Source: Owenia fusiformis (Eukaryota). Taken from it: DNA of 64,000 bases. The position numbers were made by a program, and so were the translations under genes. The notes under the pieces were generated by a model. That model had not been told where the DNA came from. It was given only the letters and a program-made list of their open reading frames with translations, and did not search any database. This document shows positions 26,218 through 39,500 of the stretch, piece by piece (the first letter of the stretch is position 1; each line of letters opens with the position of its first letter). Location of the stretch: assembly GCA_903813345.2 (NCBI GenBank), contig CAIIXF020000001.1, forward strand, positions 44,392,001 through 44,456,000. Reading direction: 5' to 3'.

Positions 26218-27552
26218 TTTGTTAGTCCGAAGAATATCTTAGATTTTTCTGACCCTTGAAGTTGATCAATGGAGTCAAATTACTCTCCTGGGCGAAGTCC
26301 ACTAATAGCTTTGTACAAAGTTTTAGATTTTTCTTCGTATTTTGACTGTCTTTACTCTCTTAGAGACTAATAATATCCTCATCTTCAACATTTTTGAAAC
26401 GGCTAGTGCTAGCGGCGGCCATTTTATCGTCTGATAATGACGTCATTTTAGTGGAATGCTGGGAATATTATTCACCGGCAATGCATTGCGCGGTGTACAG
26501 TTAAAATTATTCACCGCTCGTTGACCAATCAAAATCGAGTATTTCAACTGAGGTACTAACAATACAAACTATCACATGCATGAGATGACTCAACTGTCCT
26601 TGAGCAGAAATATACATTATCGACTATATGCAGTAATTATTACTTCTAGGCACAGTATAACATGACATTACGCCTATTCCCAAGATTTGCGAGATTAATT
26701 AAGTCTCTATTATGCTTCATAAATTGTCATTTCCAGTATGTAACAAAAGTAAATTGTTCAGACATCTTCTTAACTGCCTATACCTCTTAATACTTTCTTA
26801 GCTTTAAATGAATCGATTTTCTTAATTACAGGTAGCATAACTTCTGCCTGGTAATTTCTATCATATATAAAGATCAAAATGATGCATAATTTGAGAATAT
26901 ATGTTTAGTTCTGCGGGATTTTGCAGTGGGATATATTCGATGGAATTTTGTTGTTAGTCTCATACATCTCTGCTTGCATCAGGTATACGAGGAAAATTAT
27001 GATTGATGTATTAACTAAGATAACAGCATTTGGAATCATTAATAATTTATGGTTAACAGGTTTGTATTAATGATCAGTAAATTCAAATGATAAAATACAG
27101 TGAGCGCTAGCTCGTTCAGGCTAGGCAATTGGGCGCCGTAACCACGAGGTAGCGAGTTCGAGACGCGTGTGCTCCTTGTGTTTAGTCATTTAGGTGAAGC
27201 AGGGAACACCTTAATACATTGCATGTAGGATTTCAATAAAAGAGAATACAGGAATATCAATATTGTCAAAGTCTTTTTGGAGCATAAAATAAGATTTCAC
27301 CACACTGAATGAAATCACATACACTTGCCTGTCCTTTCACTAACTTCTGTCAACATTATGTATGTTATCACCTTGTTTGTAGTGATAGACCTAAGTGGAT
27401 TTCACTAGAGGTTGAACTCATGACTATAAAGAGGTGTTCATGGAATGCAAGCGTTAATTGGTATTAAATATCATTGTTACTTCTGTTCCAGGCTGTCAAT
27501 CATCTCTCACGTAACTGAAGAACATATTTGATCTCACTGATACACCAGCAAA

Positions 27553-30500
27553 ATGGAAACTCTTATAGAAAAGTATGATGCTGTTTGGAAATATGATGGT
27601 AAGTTATATGTAGAGCCCATGGATTACATATACTGAAACATCACAAAATAGATATCCAAGTCCACCTGATATTAAAACAATGTCTAACTTTAATTATTGA
27701 GTTTAGGCTTGATTAAGTATGAGGTAAAAATGTTGAATCTAAAGCAATCCGGAATGACCCCCCAGAAAGACTTTTTGGAGGTCATCTTGAATTCTGGTAG
27801 ATATTTTGATTTCTGATCTGATTCCCATTAGGCTTTTTTGTGATATTTTGTTTGTGATGTAAGTGATATTTTGAATGTGCTAGAATAGTACTATGTTAAT
27901 ATATTAGTACATGTCCATGATGATTTATGTTCAAGTATATTCAAATATTGCACTGTGATCACTATTTATTTAATTATCTGATTACAGGTACTAATTATTT
28001 GCACTAGTCCACCTTTAATATATAGGTACCTACTTAGTACCAGGTACAAAATCAAATACTTTTCTGATTCTTGTACTGAATGTTGATATACCTATTAAGA
28101 GCATTTGAGAATTCAGATTTTTATTGTTATGTCACCACTAGAAGTTGTGACATATTCTAGTTGTGACATATTGTTGTAGTCTCCAACTTTTTTGTGGAAG
28201 GCAGTCTGTATTTGGCAGTTGGTGTTCTGTGGTCGGCATCTGTAACAAATGACGGGGGGGACATTTTGCATGTTAATGCCTTGTTATTACCTATTGTAAA
28301 GAAACAAAAAGAGAAAACCGAATGTCGATCAATCAAATTGATTAGATTTGATATAAAGATAAAAATTAATGATTCAGAATTGCACTATTTTACCACTTCA
28401 AGTGACTTCAAGGGCACATTAGTGAACACACTACATTTGTTTATCATTTGAAAATATCATTTAGATTTAGCTAAAAACTAACCCTTGCAGCTAAAAGTCA
28501 AGTCAACATGTTAGTGCAGAATAGCTATTTTCAATTATTGTTCTATGAAAAAGGCTGATTTCTTAGGACTTTTATTTTATTGTATGCAAGTATGGAAAAA
28601 GTATCTTTCGATGGTAAGTCTCTGAATATCTGGCAATCCATAAAAATACAAATGCAAATATAATCACCATCTTGGTCGTTTTGATAATTGATATTACAGA
28701 AATTTACCAAAATAGAGAAAATCAAATGAGCTAAAGCTGTAAGTGTCATTGTCGCCTCTTGGAAGAGAGTTTTTATTAGCAGTTTAGTTTTATGGATTAT
28801 ATTTTAGTTCCTAGATTTTCCTATATTATATTGCTAAAGTTGATGCCCTTGCATTGTATCATTGAAATTGTGAAGTGATAAGTTCAATACTTCAGTGTGT
28901 TGTCCAAATGATTGAATGATCCCCCTCCTTATCGGTTTAATTTCATCTTACATTTGTATGCCAACATGGATGTGTTGACCTTGTCCCCAAAGCTGATCTA
29001 ACATTCATAAATCTCTGTTAACCATAGATGCATCTGTCTCAAAATCAGACTTCGTAATCCTTGATTTAATTAGCTAGTTATTCCCAAGATACTGAATTTA
29101 TGAACTTTGGCAACCATTAGAAGTTAACTGGGATAGAGAATCCATTTTTCATGAATATCGATTGTTTGAGGTACAGATCTTCCAGAATGGTAAAAAGGAA
29201 ATGTTTGGCAAACACCATAAAGGCATCAAGGGAGGGAATCAAATTGTCAATCGGTCAGTTCTCCATCTTGAATGGTAGTACCGTATTCTCTCTAATAGAT
29301 GCACACGCTCCAATAGATGCACACCCGACTTTTCTAAGACTGGCAACTTGAGTAACAAAAATCAAGAAAAATAAAATTTATTCGAAAAAATAACGGGGCG
29401 ATAATAAGGTTAATATTAAATAATTCACTTACGGTTATCGATAGAGCATCATGAGATTTTCCAATCCAAAAATATTTCCCCACCGTTTCCCACAAACTAT
29501 TAAGACCAGTCAGTGACAGGAAGCTATCACCGTAACTTCCAAAATGGTAGCCCTCTCAGGAAGGAACTAGAGTGAATATTTCCATGATATTGACGCATAT
29601 ACTGTATGTCGATTAACCCACAAATACATAATCACCCAGTCAATAAATGCATAAAAGAAAACATTGAGGTATGATATAATGTTATCTAGTCAGAGTGAGT
29701 CCAGTTTGAAAATCATGAAATAACCTATTGTTGCTATACATCTAACATTCAAAAATCCCAGGGGATTTTGCAATTTTAGACATCTCCTCCAGGAGAATTT
29801 GGGTCACGCACTGTTTGTTAATTAGAATGAAATATGACATGATACTAATTAATGGGGATTTTAATGCCAGGAGTAAATTCTTTTATGATCATGATATTGA
29901 CAATACAGCAGGAACCAAATTATATGAGACAATGACAAATCTTGGGTTTGAACAATTTATTCATGAACCAACTAGAATAACTGAAAATAGTAAATCATGC
30001 ATTGATCTAATTTTTTCAAATTCTCCAGGCCTCATGATTGGTACTGAAGTCCTAGCCCCAATAGGGGGCAGTGACCATAGTACTGTAGTGTGTAATTTAC
30101 AGCTCACTACAAGTAAAAACCAACCTAAAATTACTACTAAAACATGGCAATACAAAGACTGCAACCAGCAAGCCCTGAATAATGATATAAATTCTGTAAA
30201 TTGGAACAATATTATAAATAATGGCACAATTGATGAGTCTACTTTAAATTTTTCTTCCAAGCTACTATCTATTTTTGACCATAACATACCTCACAAAATC
30301 AAGGTGAGGAAACCAAAAGATCTACCTTGGTTTAATGATGAAATTAAAAAGGCTGTGAATAACCGTGACAAATATTATAAGAAATTCAAAAGAAACAACA
30401 CTTTGGATTCGAAATTGAAATATAAAAATAAAGTCGAAATGTTAAATAATCTTATTAACAACACGGTGCGGTAGCCAAACTGCTTGCCTACTATGCACGC

Positions 30501-33500
30501 AGTTTGAAAGACTGACAAACTGTGCGCCTATCAACATTGCATCATAAAAGTTGGAGTCTGGGTTTTCAAACATCATTTTAAGACATTTATTCTGAATTGT
30601 TTTATAGTTCCACACGTCCATTCGGTGGCGATTATATGATTCAACCATGTGATAGCGAAATGTATGTCCAGATGAACGTAGGTTTAAAAATATAAGCAGA
30701 TTAATACAAAAAATTTACATCGATTTTTCGATCACCGATACATAAGTTGATATAGCACGTTTCACAGAAATAGAAAACACTTGGGTTTTGATTCACAGGT
30801 AAATCTCAACCCAGTTCTCCCGTACAATACAAAATATTTCGTATTAAAAGAGATGAACATGACAGAAAGAAGTAATAAAACACAAACTGCGCGCCTATTT
30901 TAGCCAGAAATCACAAACTGCGTGCATACTCTTCCAAACTGCGTGCATATTATTGATGACTTCTCAGTAATGCAGGCCTATGTGGTTTCATGGGAGTACG
31001 TAAGTAAGTTGAAAAAGTAGAGATTGAAAAGGTTGAAATAAATCAAAAATTAAAATTGTGTTGATGGTTGACAACCAGTGGAAATGTCCATATTTATATT
31101 TTATTTTGTTCTTGTCTATATGATTTTATAAAAGTATGATGCAATGATTCGACTTCATCATATAGAGTTGAGTTCAAAAATCTCATGAAAATGGTTTTGT
31201 TCTATTGGGGTCCTAGTAAAAGACACCCGGGTGGCCCCCGCCTAGTCTCCATTGAAGTGCCGAACTTTCCTATTTTACTACTTTATTTCAAACTAACACT
31301 ATTTGATGCATGGTGCAACATAAATACAAATTGAATTGTGTAAATATGTATTGAATCCTTTTTTTCGCAAGAGTCGCCATTTGGTTCGTGACCAAACAAA
31401 TCAATGTCCCCACCCTCTTTTGTAAGTCCTGATGCAGTATTTTTCCCATCAACGCTAATGACATACCTTTTATCATTCTCCAGCATTGGAAACGCTTCTT
31501 TAATTATTCCTGGCTTGAGTTCTCTGGGGATTATAAGATCAAGGCCATTAAAGTTTCTGATAGTTTTTTCAGTCGGATCGGCAAAATGTATGTGGTGGGA
31601 CTCCCTGTCTCCTGTCATGAATCGTAGAAACTTCCCATTGAATTGTCTACAGCAAACCTTCCCAAATTTCATTGTTTCTGGACTATATATCATTTGTCGT
31701 GTGTTCATTTTCGCTACATAATATTCGACCACATCAAAAAGGAGAAGTGCTATATTATCAAGGGGGATTGAATTTGTTGAGATGAGGATAAGGAAATTGA
31801 GGAAGGGTTGACACAATGTATTATTTCTTATAAGGTTTGAGAGGACATAGGGCAAGAGGTTTTCACAGTCTTTTAATGTTTTTTCAAATGAGTCACTGGT
31901 ACCTTTAAACAATCGCCTCTTTGGTTTCTTGATTGGTTTCCTTTTCTTCATCTTGTTTAATTCTGAAGGGGTGTCATGGTTTTTGAAGATGCGGTGTTGT
32001 TATCTACATCTTTGTTAGGGTCAGACTTTGGTTCATTTTTATATAGGGACAGGTTTAGTGAGTGGCGTTTACGTTTTCTGAAAATACACAACAAACTTGC
32101 ACACAGCTTGCAAATTAGGCGCGCAGTTTGTTAATATAGGCGCGCAGTTTGTAAATATTAGGCACGCAGTTTGTGAAATCCACGAGAAAGTATGCACGCA
32201 GTTTGACAGCGAAAAAAATAAAATCACGTTAATGGCTTGTCACTGTTTAACACTAAAACTATATTACTTAAACCATGTGCAGCAATCCTATATCTTTCAG
32301 TATATGCAAACACAAAGGCTGAATAAACGTCAAACTACGAAAAACAGACATTATATGACGCAACACTGTATAATTTGAACACGAAAGTTCCTTGGGAACC
32401 TTATTTTGAGATAACTAGACATGCATCGGGAAAAAAATCGAGTGCTACGTATAAAGTAAGTTAGTCTCCACATCTTGGTACTGTCTGAAAACCAAAACTA
32501 ACCTTGTATTTCCAGTAATTTCCATCCTCTTGGGAGTCGTGTCCTCCCTGTCTGTCATTTTGTGAATAGGCGCGCAGTTTGTCAGTGTTCCAAACTGCGT
32601 GCATGGTAGGCGCACAGTTTGACTACCGCTCCATGAACAAGGCTAAACTTAACCATGAACAGGAAATTTGTGAAAATCTTCACACTTATTCAAGTGGGGA
32701 ACATTTTTATTGGAGTGCTATTAAAAAATTACTTGGAAATAAATTTTCTTCTGGAATTCCAACTTTAAGAAATTCATCTTTGACAAACATATGTAGTACA
32801 GATGAAGAAAAACGAAATGAATTTTTGAAATTGTTCGTAGGTAAATTTCACTTTGACAATACCTGCGACACAAATGCATTACCATTTTTTCCAAATAGAA
32901 CAAACAACCTTTTGACTTGTAATTTTATCACACCATCGGAAATAAGAACCCTCATAGCTGACCTTGACACATCAAAAAGTGAGGGTTTGGATGGTATTAC
33001 AAATAAAATGCTCACCATGAGCATTCTATCTATTGACAAACCATTAGTCTTATTGTTTAATAGAATCCTAACTGAAAACATTTTTCCAAGATCATGGAAA
33101 GATGGAATAATAATTCCAATCTATAAGAATAAAGGTGATAAATCTGAAATTTCAAATTACAGACCTGTCACATTACTTAGTAATATATCCAAATTATTCG
33201 AAAAAGTTGTGCATCAACAGATGATGAAGTTCCTTTTAGATAATAAGTTATTATATGAAAATCAATCTGGTTTCCTGCCTGGTCACAGCACTGACAGCCA
33301 GCTACTAAGTATTACTAATTTTATAATGAGTGCATTTGAAGACAAAGCAGATGTACGGGGAGTCTTTTTGGACCTGGAGTCTGCGTTTGATAAAGTTAGA
33401 CATAATTTACTTATCCACAAGTTAAAATCTTATGGCTTCAATGATAACCTGCTGAAACTTATGAAATCCTACCTAGACAATAGAAGAGTATGCACACGCC

Positions 33501-36500
33501 TTAATGGAACTTTATCCGAATTCTCAGAAGAAAATTTCATTAACTCTGGTGTGCCTCAAGGCTCTATTCTAGGCCCAATCCTGTTTTTGCTATTTATAAA
33601 TGATCTCCCAGAGGTCATCCAATCAAAATGTTATATTTATGCTGACGATACTTCTATATACGTCCCTGTTCATAAGTTTGAAAATATTTTAACATCAAAT
33701 ACATTATTACAACATGACCTAGACAATGTCCATGATTGGTCAAGGGTTTGGGGGCTTAACTTTAAGCCCACGAAAACCAAAGAGATAATTTTTCCCAAAT
33801 CTATTCAAAATGTAAGAAACTTTCCTATTTTGACCTTGAGCAACAGAGTAATTGAAAGAGTAAATTATCATAAACATCTTGGGGTTATCCTAGATAACCA
33901 CCTTGACTTCAAAGAACATATAGCTCAGTTGAAAGTCAAAATTGATAAAATGCTTAACCCACTTACAGCATTGAAAAATAAAATTTCATCCAAACACCTT
34001 GAAAGAATGTACTTATCGTTCATTTTGCCAAAATTAGAATTTGGATCAATCTTTTATAACTGTTCACCACATTATGCCCTAACTACCTTGGATAGGTTAC
34101 ACTACAGAGCCGCCCTGTTAGTGTCTGGGGCCATTAAGGGCTCCTCTGAAATCAAAGTCTTGAATTCACTTAACTGGAAGACACTAAGACAGAGAAGAGA
34201 AGAAAAAATGGCAATTCTAATGTACAAGGTATCCAAAAACAAGACTCCTTGTTACGTACAATCTATATACAATGAACTTAAAAATCCAGGTACAGAGCGT
34301 GTACTTCGTGCCCAGCACGAATATAATATTCCAGCAAAATCTTCAATGAAATTTACAAACTCTCCTGCCATTGCACCAATAAGAATATGGAAAATGATTT
34401 CACCTGAAGTTAAACGCAGCCCCTCAATATCAGCCTTCAAGTCAAGATATACTAAAACCAAATATAACCCAAACCCTAGGTCTGTGTTGACAACAAAATT
34501 GAATATAAATCGACCTATTGAAATTAAACTAAACCGTTTAAGAGCAGACCTAGCACTTAAATCTGACTTTTTTAGGCACAACTTCAACAACTATCCAGAC
34601 CCAAGCTGCCCTTGTGGACATGCCCAGCAAACCAAGTCCCATTTATTACTCTACTGCCTTCTATCAACTGGAACAAGGTCAATCTTTACCCAAAAACTAC
34701 AGGAGCTGCAAAATTTTAACTTTAGAGAATTTGCCAGTTTAAATAATGTAGATAAAGTTCAGACCATACTTTTTGGAAATCATAAGTTCTCAGATAAATG
34801 TAATGCTGATATTATGAACCTTACGGCACATTTTGTTGATTCAATCATTTAACATTAGCCTCAACATATCATCACCATCATCATCACTATTGTTATCATC
34901 ATCTCAACAGAGGCCACTGAGACTCCTATAAACAATACATTTACAATACATGTCTGAAACCATTTATATCAATGTTTATTTTGCTACTTTTATTCAAAGG
35001 GAGGCCAACAATGTAATTTATACCTCGGCCTTCCTAGTATGTTAAATGCTGTTATATAAAATTATGCAAAGAAATAAAACTTAACCTTAAAAAAAAAATG
35101 AATACGGTATGTGAAATACAATACATGTAGATGAGAACTGAATTTGATATAAATTGAACATGCAATACAGTATTTTACATATGAAAATTATTGCAGACTT
35201 CTTTTAGCTATACTACTACTGTTGTCAGTTTGTATGCTTTTGCAGGTCTCAATTTTATATAAATAAAGATGTATTTGCGTACATAATAACTCTGGCCATA
35301 GGTCCTCATTATTATATCCCAAATTATATCAGTATCAATAAGATAGTTATATGCTCTTGTGGGAATAACTTCATAAAAAGTTATCATCTAATAAACTGTA
35401 TAGATTATTTACCACCCTGTAGACATATGCTATTGCTAGTTATGATTCATAAATAATATTCTACATTGTGCACTATTAACATTCCATTATCTTCATGTGC
35501 CTGAAGAGTGAACAAGCAGTTAATTATAGATACTCAGGGATTTCACTAGAATTTCTCACAACAGGCTAAATAAATGAAAACAACAGGCAAAATTAGTGGA
35601 AATCATGAATTTAACATGGAAAAGTTGAAAAGTCCTTAAAAACAATTGGCAATTTTGTGAAAACAACCAGTGAGAATCGTATACTGCCTGCTGGTAATGA
35701 AACCCCTGGATACTTGTGACAGACCTATAAGAGCATTATATATAGAAACTATTTATATTTTCCGAAATAATAATTCCATTGATTATGATAAAAAGGTATT
35801 TCTTGCTTCAAGGTCAAGATTCTGTGATATAGAAAATGGCATATTGCTGATTAGGTAGATTGCACACTAGTTCCCGACAACCCTTGATTATTTCCTAAGA
35901 ACTAGATAGCCTATAGGATGAGCAATGAGTCAATGACGTTACTCAAGATTTGCCAAATCAGTTGAATCAATCAATTCACATATATCATACAAATTATTGA
36001 CTTGTACTGGTGTTTGATTTGAATCGGGAATTCTGTATAATATAATATTGTAAATGAAAAATTGAGTATCAGATTGCCAACCAAATGCACTTTGTATTGA
36101 CAAATTGACCTGCCTTTGAACTGTATATTGGTACGTACTTGATATCATTTGGTGTAATTGTGTTTATACATGTACTTCAAATTGGCCCTACCATCCATAG
36201 ATCATGTTGCATTCCGTCAGTACATGATTTTGTGATTCTGCTACCCATTTCAATAGTTTAAATTTGGCAACTCAAAAGAGAGCTTCACCTGATGCATGAG
36301 ACTCTGACTCAAAGGTACGATTCTGCCTGTACTGGAAATCAGAAGAGGGAGATGGGGTTTTAAAATGTTAGACTGATCCCAACTAATCCCCCTAGACTCA
36401 AGTTCCTATATGCATCATTAGTTTGTCTACATTGAGTAAGAGTTAATGAATACAAGGCTAACCTTTAACAAATCTGATCTTATTGTCTTCAACTTGCAAA

Positions 36501-39500
36501 ACTTAAGAAGAAATGAAATGTTAGTTTGTCATACAAACGAACAATGCAGACAGATTTCGATGCCTGGTCACCAAATCAGGCACCAAGTTCTTGTGACCCC
36601 CCCCCCCCTCCCCCATGCTTATATACCCCACTTCTTTTCAATTACACAAGGGTAAGTACAAATATATGATAGGGGGGTTATCAGAAGCTTGATTTAAAGC
36701 TAATGTTCTGTATTGTTCTTGCAGACCCCAGGACCACAAACTGGTTGATGATGCCCACGATGGTACCAACTATGATAATCACAGCCCTGTACTTCATCAT
36801 GGTCTATGTCGGACCCAAGCTGATGGCCAACAGAGAGCCATTCCAGATCAAAAACATTATGTTATTCTATAACATATTTATGGTGGTGTTGAACACATAT
36901 ATATGCACAGAGGTAAGAGTACATTTTGTAATGGTGTGTAATGTGTGAATCATTAGGAGCTGGGTCAAAATGTTAAAAAAATTACTTTCATGTAAAAATG
37001 ACACATGCATAATTGACCTTGCACACTCTGAAAAGTGGATAGTTTCATTCAACTTCAATTTATATCTCTTCATGTTATACAGTTTGTGGTAATTTTGCCT
37101 AATCATTTGATTTACCTCTTGCTTAATTTCTGAAAATTATATTATCTTTATAATGTCATTCAATGGGAAGTTTCTTGTCATTAGGAAAATTAGAATTAGG
37201 AAAATGACAAAAATTTACCATTCGGCAAACTAACCATTTGGATTAAATAACACTTTCACTGTGGGCTGTTTTTGTTGATCTGTTCAAGACTCTGGTTAAG
37301 GAAATAGCCATAAATGTACAGTATTAATTACTTTTTTATGATCATTATGCAAGTGCTCTAAAAGCAGACTGACTTCTTGCAATAGTACATACAGGAATCA
37401 AAAGTAAATAATGCCAAGTTAGACCTAAATATTTTAAAAGATGGATGCTCATATTAAATATAAGTTACTTTATATAAAACATGATGCAGTAAAAGTGTCT
37501 ATAATAGTCTCTCTCTGGCTATATTTATATACCGCATTGTTGTAGTAACATTGTACATGTATTTTGTTATATTTCAGTTCCTGCTCTCTGGTTGGTTAGC
37601 TGGGTATAGTTTAGGTTGTCAACCTGTAGATTACAGCAATAGCCCACAAGCACTCAGGGTATGTAGCCTGTACATTGTACATGGCTGCCTCATGATAAAC
37701 TCAGTGGGCATGTTACGAAAAGAAAAATAGAATGGAATTGAGAAGAAATTCTTTCAATTATTTATGCCAGTAAATGAAGCAGTTTGTTCAGTATTTTAGA
37801 GAGTATTAAATGGGAAATGAAATGAACTTACAGAATGCCAAGATGAAAAATGCCTCCTGTTTATTTAAAATCTGTAATGAATTTAATTACATGTACATGT
37901 ATCTCAAAGTATTTTAAGGATAGCTGGAATTTTATGATATTGAAGAATATTGATTGTGTAGAAACACATATTCAGAAAGACATGCTAAACAGAATTTTTC
38001 TGCCATTTCCACTCTGAACAATTGTATTTTATTTTAATTGTGACAATGTACTGTGTACAATTCATGGTATTAATTGGGGATGTAGACAAAATGTATAATA
38101 CACAATTCGGCTTTACTGTACATATGTTTAAATTAACTTGTGGATTCCTTTCTTTGCAGATGGCTAATGCCTGCTGGTTTTTCTACTTCTCAAAATTTAT
38201 AGACCTTTTTGATACTGTAAGTATCTTAATTTTTTTGTCTTTTTGTCAGTTTCAAATGGCAGTTGCTGAGTCGATCAGATGTAATAGTGGCACCAGACAG
38301 CCTTAAATTGCATGATTGTTCTGTCTGATAATAAAGGTGTAATTATGTCTAAAACAAGATTTTCGTATTATTAACGTTTTTGAAGTAGATTTCCAAAACT
38401 GTGATAACAAATTCATTTATATATGACAGCTTAGATGTGAAATTACAGCATAAACACCATTTTAGAGTCTGACATTGGTTTTTGTCAAATAAATGCCTCG
38501 TTATGTCTCCACCTCAAAAGGTGACATATTGTTATCGTGTCCAACTTTTTTGTGGCAGCAGTTGTTTGGTGTCTGTAACAAATGGTAGGTGGTGACATTT
38601 TGCATGTTAATGCCTTGTTTACCTTGCAATTACAGTTAAACAACTAACACTTATTTTATTTTCAGCTGTTTTTTATACTGAGGAAGAAAAATAACCAGAT
38701 GTCATTTTTGCATGTGTTCCACCATGGAATCATGCCTATCTCATGGTGGTTTGGAGTCAAGTTTGTAGCAGGTACATATGTTGACCTTCATTTTATTTGA
38801 TCAACAATAAACGAAATGCCTTAAGATTTATAGTAAATAGAATAGAGTTGGAAAAATATATATGGTAAAATAGGCTAGAGCATGATAGAGTGGTACAGTT
38901 TAGGTATATATATATACTTTTTTTTTTTCTGTTAACAGTAAATATATAACACCCCGACATTTGAACTCGGAATCCTACAAATACTCGGACTTCAGCAAAC
39001 ATGAGGTTTGGGCAAATTAGGTTCAATTCTTATGCCGGGCATAAGAGTAGATCTGTTCTTATGCCGGGCATAAGAGTAGATCTGTTCTTATGCCGGGCAT
39101 AAGAGTAGATCTGTTCTTATGCCGGGCATAAGAGTAGATCTGTTCTTATGCCCGGCATAAGAGAAGATCTGTTCTTATGCCCGGCATAAGAGAAGATCTG
39201 TTCTTATGCCCGGCATAAGAGAAGATCTGTTCTTATGCCCGGCATAAGAGAAGATCTGTTCTTATGCCGGGCATAAGAGCAGATCTGTTCTTATGCCCGG
39301 CATAAGAGCAGATCTGTTCTTATGCCCGGCATAAGAGTAGATCTGTTATTTTGTCGGCATAAATAGAAGATCTGTCCTTATGCAAATGCAAAAGACAATG
39401 AGAGTAGATTTGTTCACTTCAAGTATACGCGGCCATAAATTTGTTACAAATATCATCATAACAGGAATGAAAATAGAGGGAAAATCATGTCAATTTTTTA

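Larger units (their letters stand above)
29832..35096 (+). mobile_element. 5'-truncated non-LTR retrotransposon (CR1/L2 group, APE plus RT), interrupted by a DNA transposon
   Basis: APE motifs NGDFNA, SCIDLIF and SDH; RT motifs [28 protein letters not shown] and YADDT; C-terminal CPCG...HLLLYC; AATAAA then an A-tail at about 35089-35098; AATGAA TSD at 29826-29831 and 35097-35102. Confidence 0.93.
29281..35107. mobile_element. pogo-type MITE (TA TSD) whose right TIR is split by the LINE insertion
   Basis: TA|CCGTATTCTCTCTAATAG at 29281; removing the LINE rebuilds TAATTAGAATGAATACGG|TA ending at 35107. Confidence 0.65.

Noticed and set aside
30462..30500. True V(D)J recombination signal sequences at the CAC-ended elements
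   Set aside because: Heptamer-like only; no ACAAAAACC nonamer at 12 or 23 nt spacing in any of the three elements, and no RAG1/RAG2 ORF in the window.
29961..34590. Antisense ORFs over the LINE and transposon ORFs (29961-30287, 31404-31721, 32848-33081, 34252-34590)
   Set aside because: Shadow frames opposite real coding sequence, with no motifs of their own.
39029..39385. CRISPR array (29-bp palindromic repeats, also at 48806-49163)
   Set aside because: Units are head-to-tail with no unique spacers, there are no cas genes, the context is a eukaryotic intron, and the arrays are mirrored parts of TIRs.
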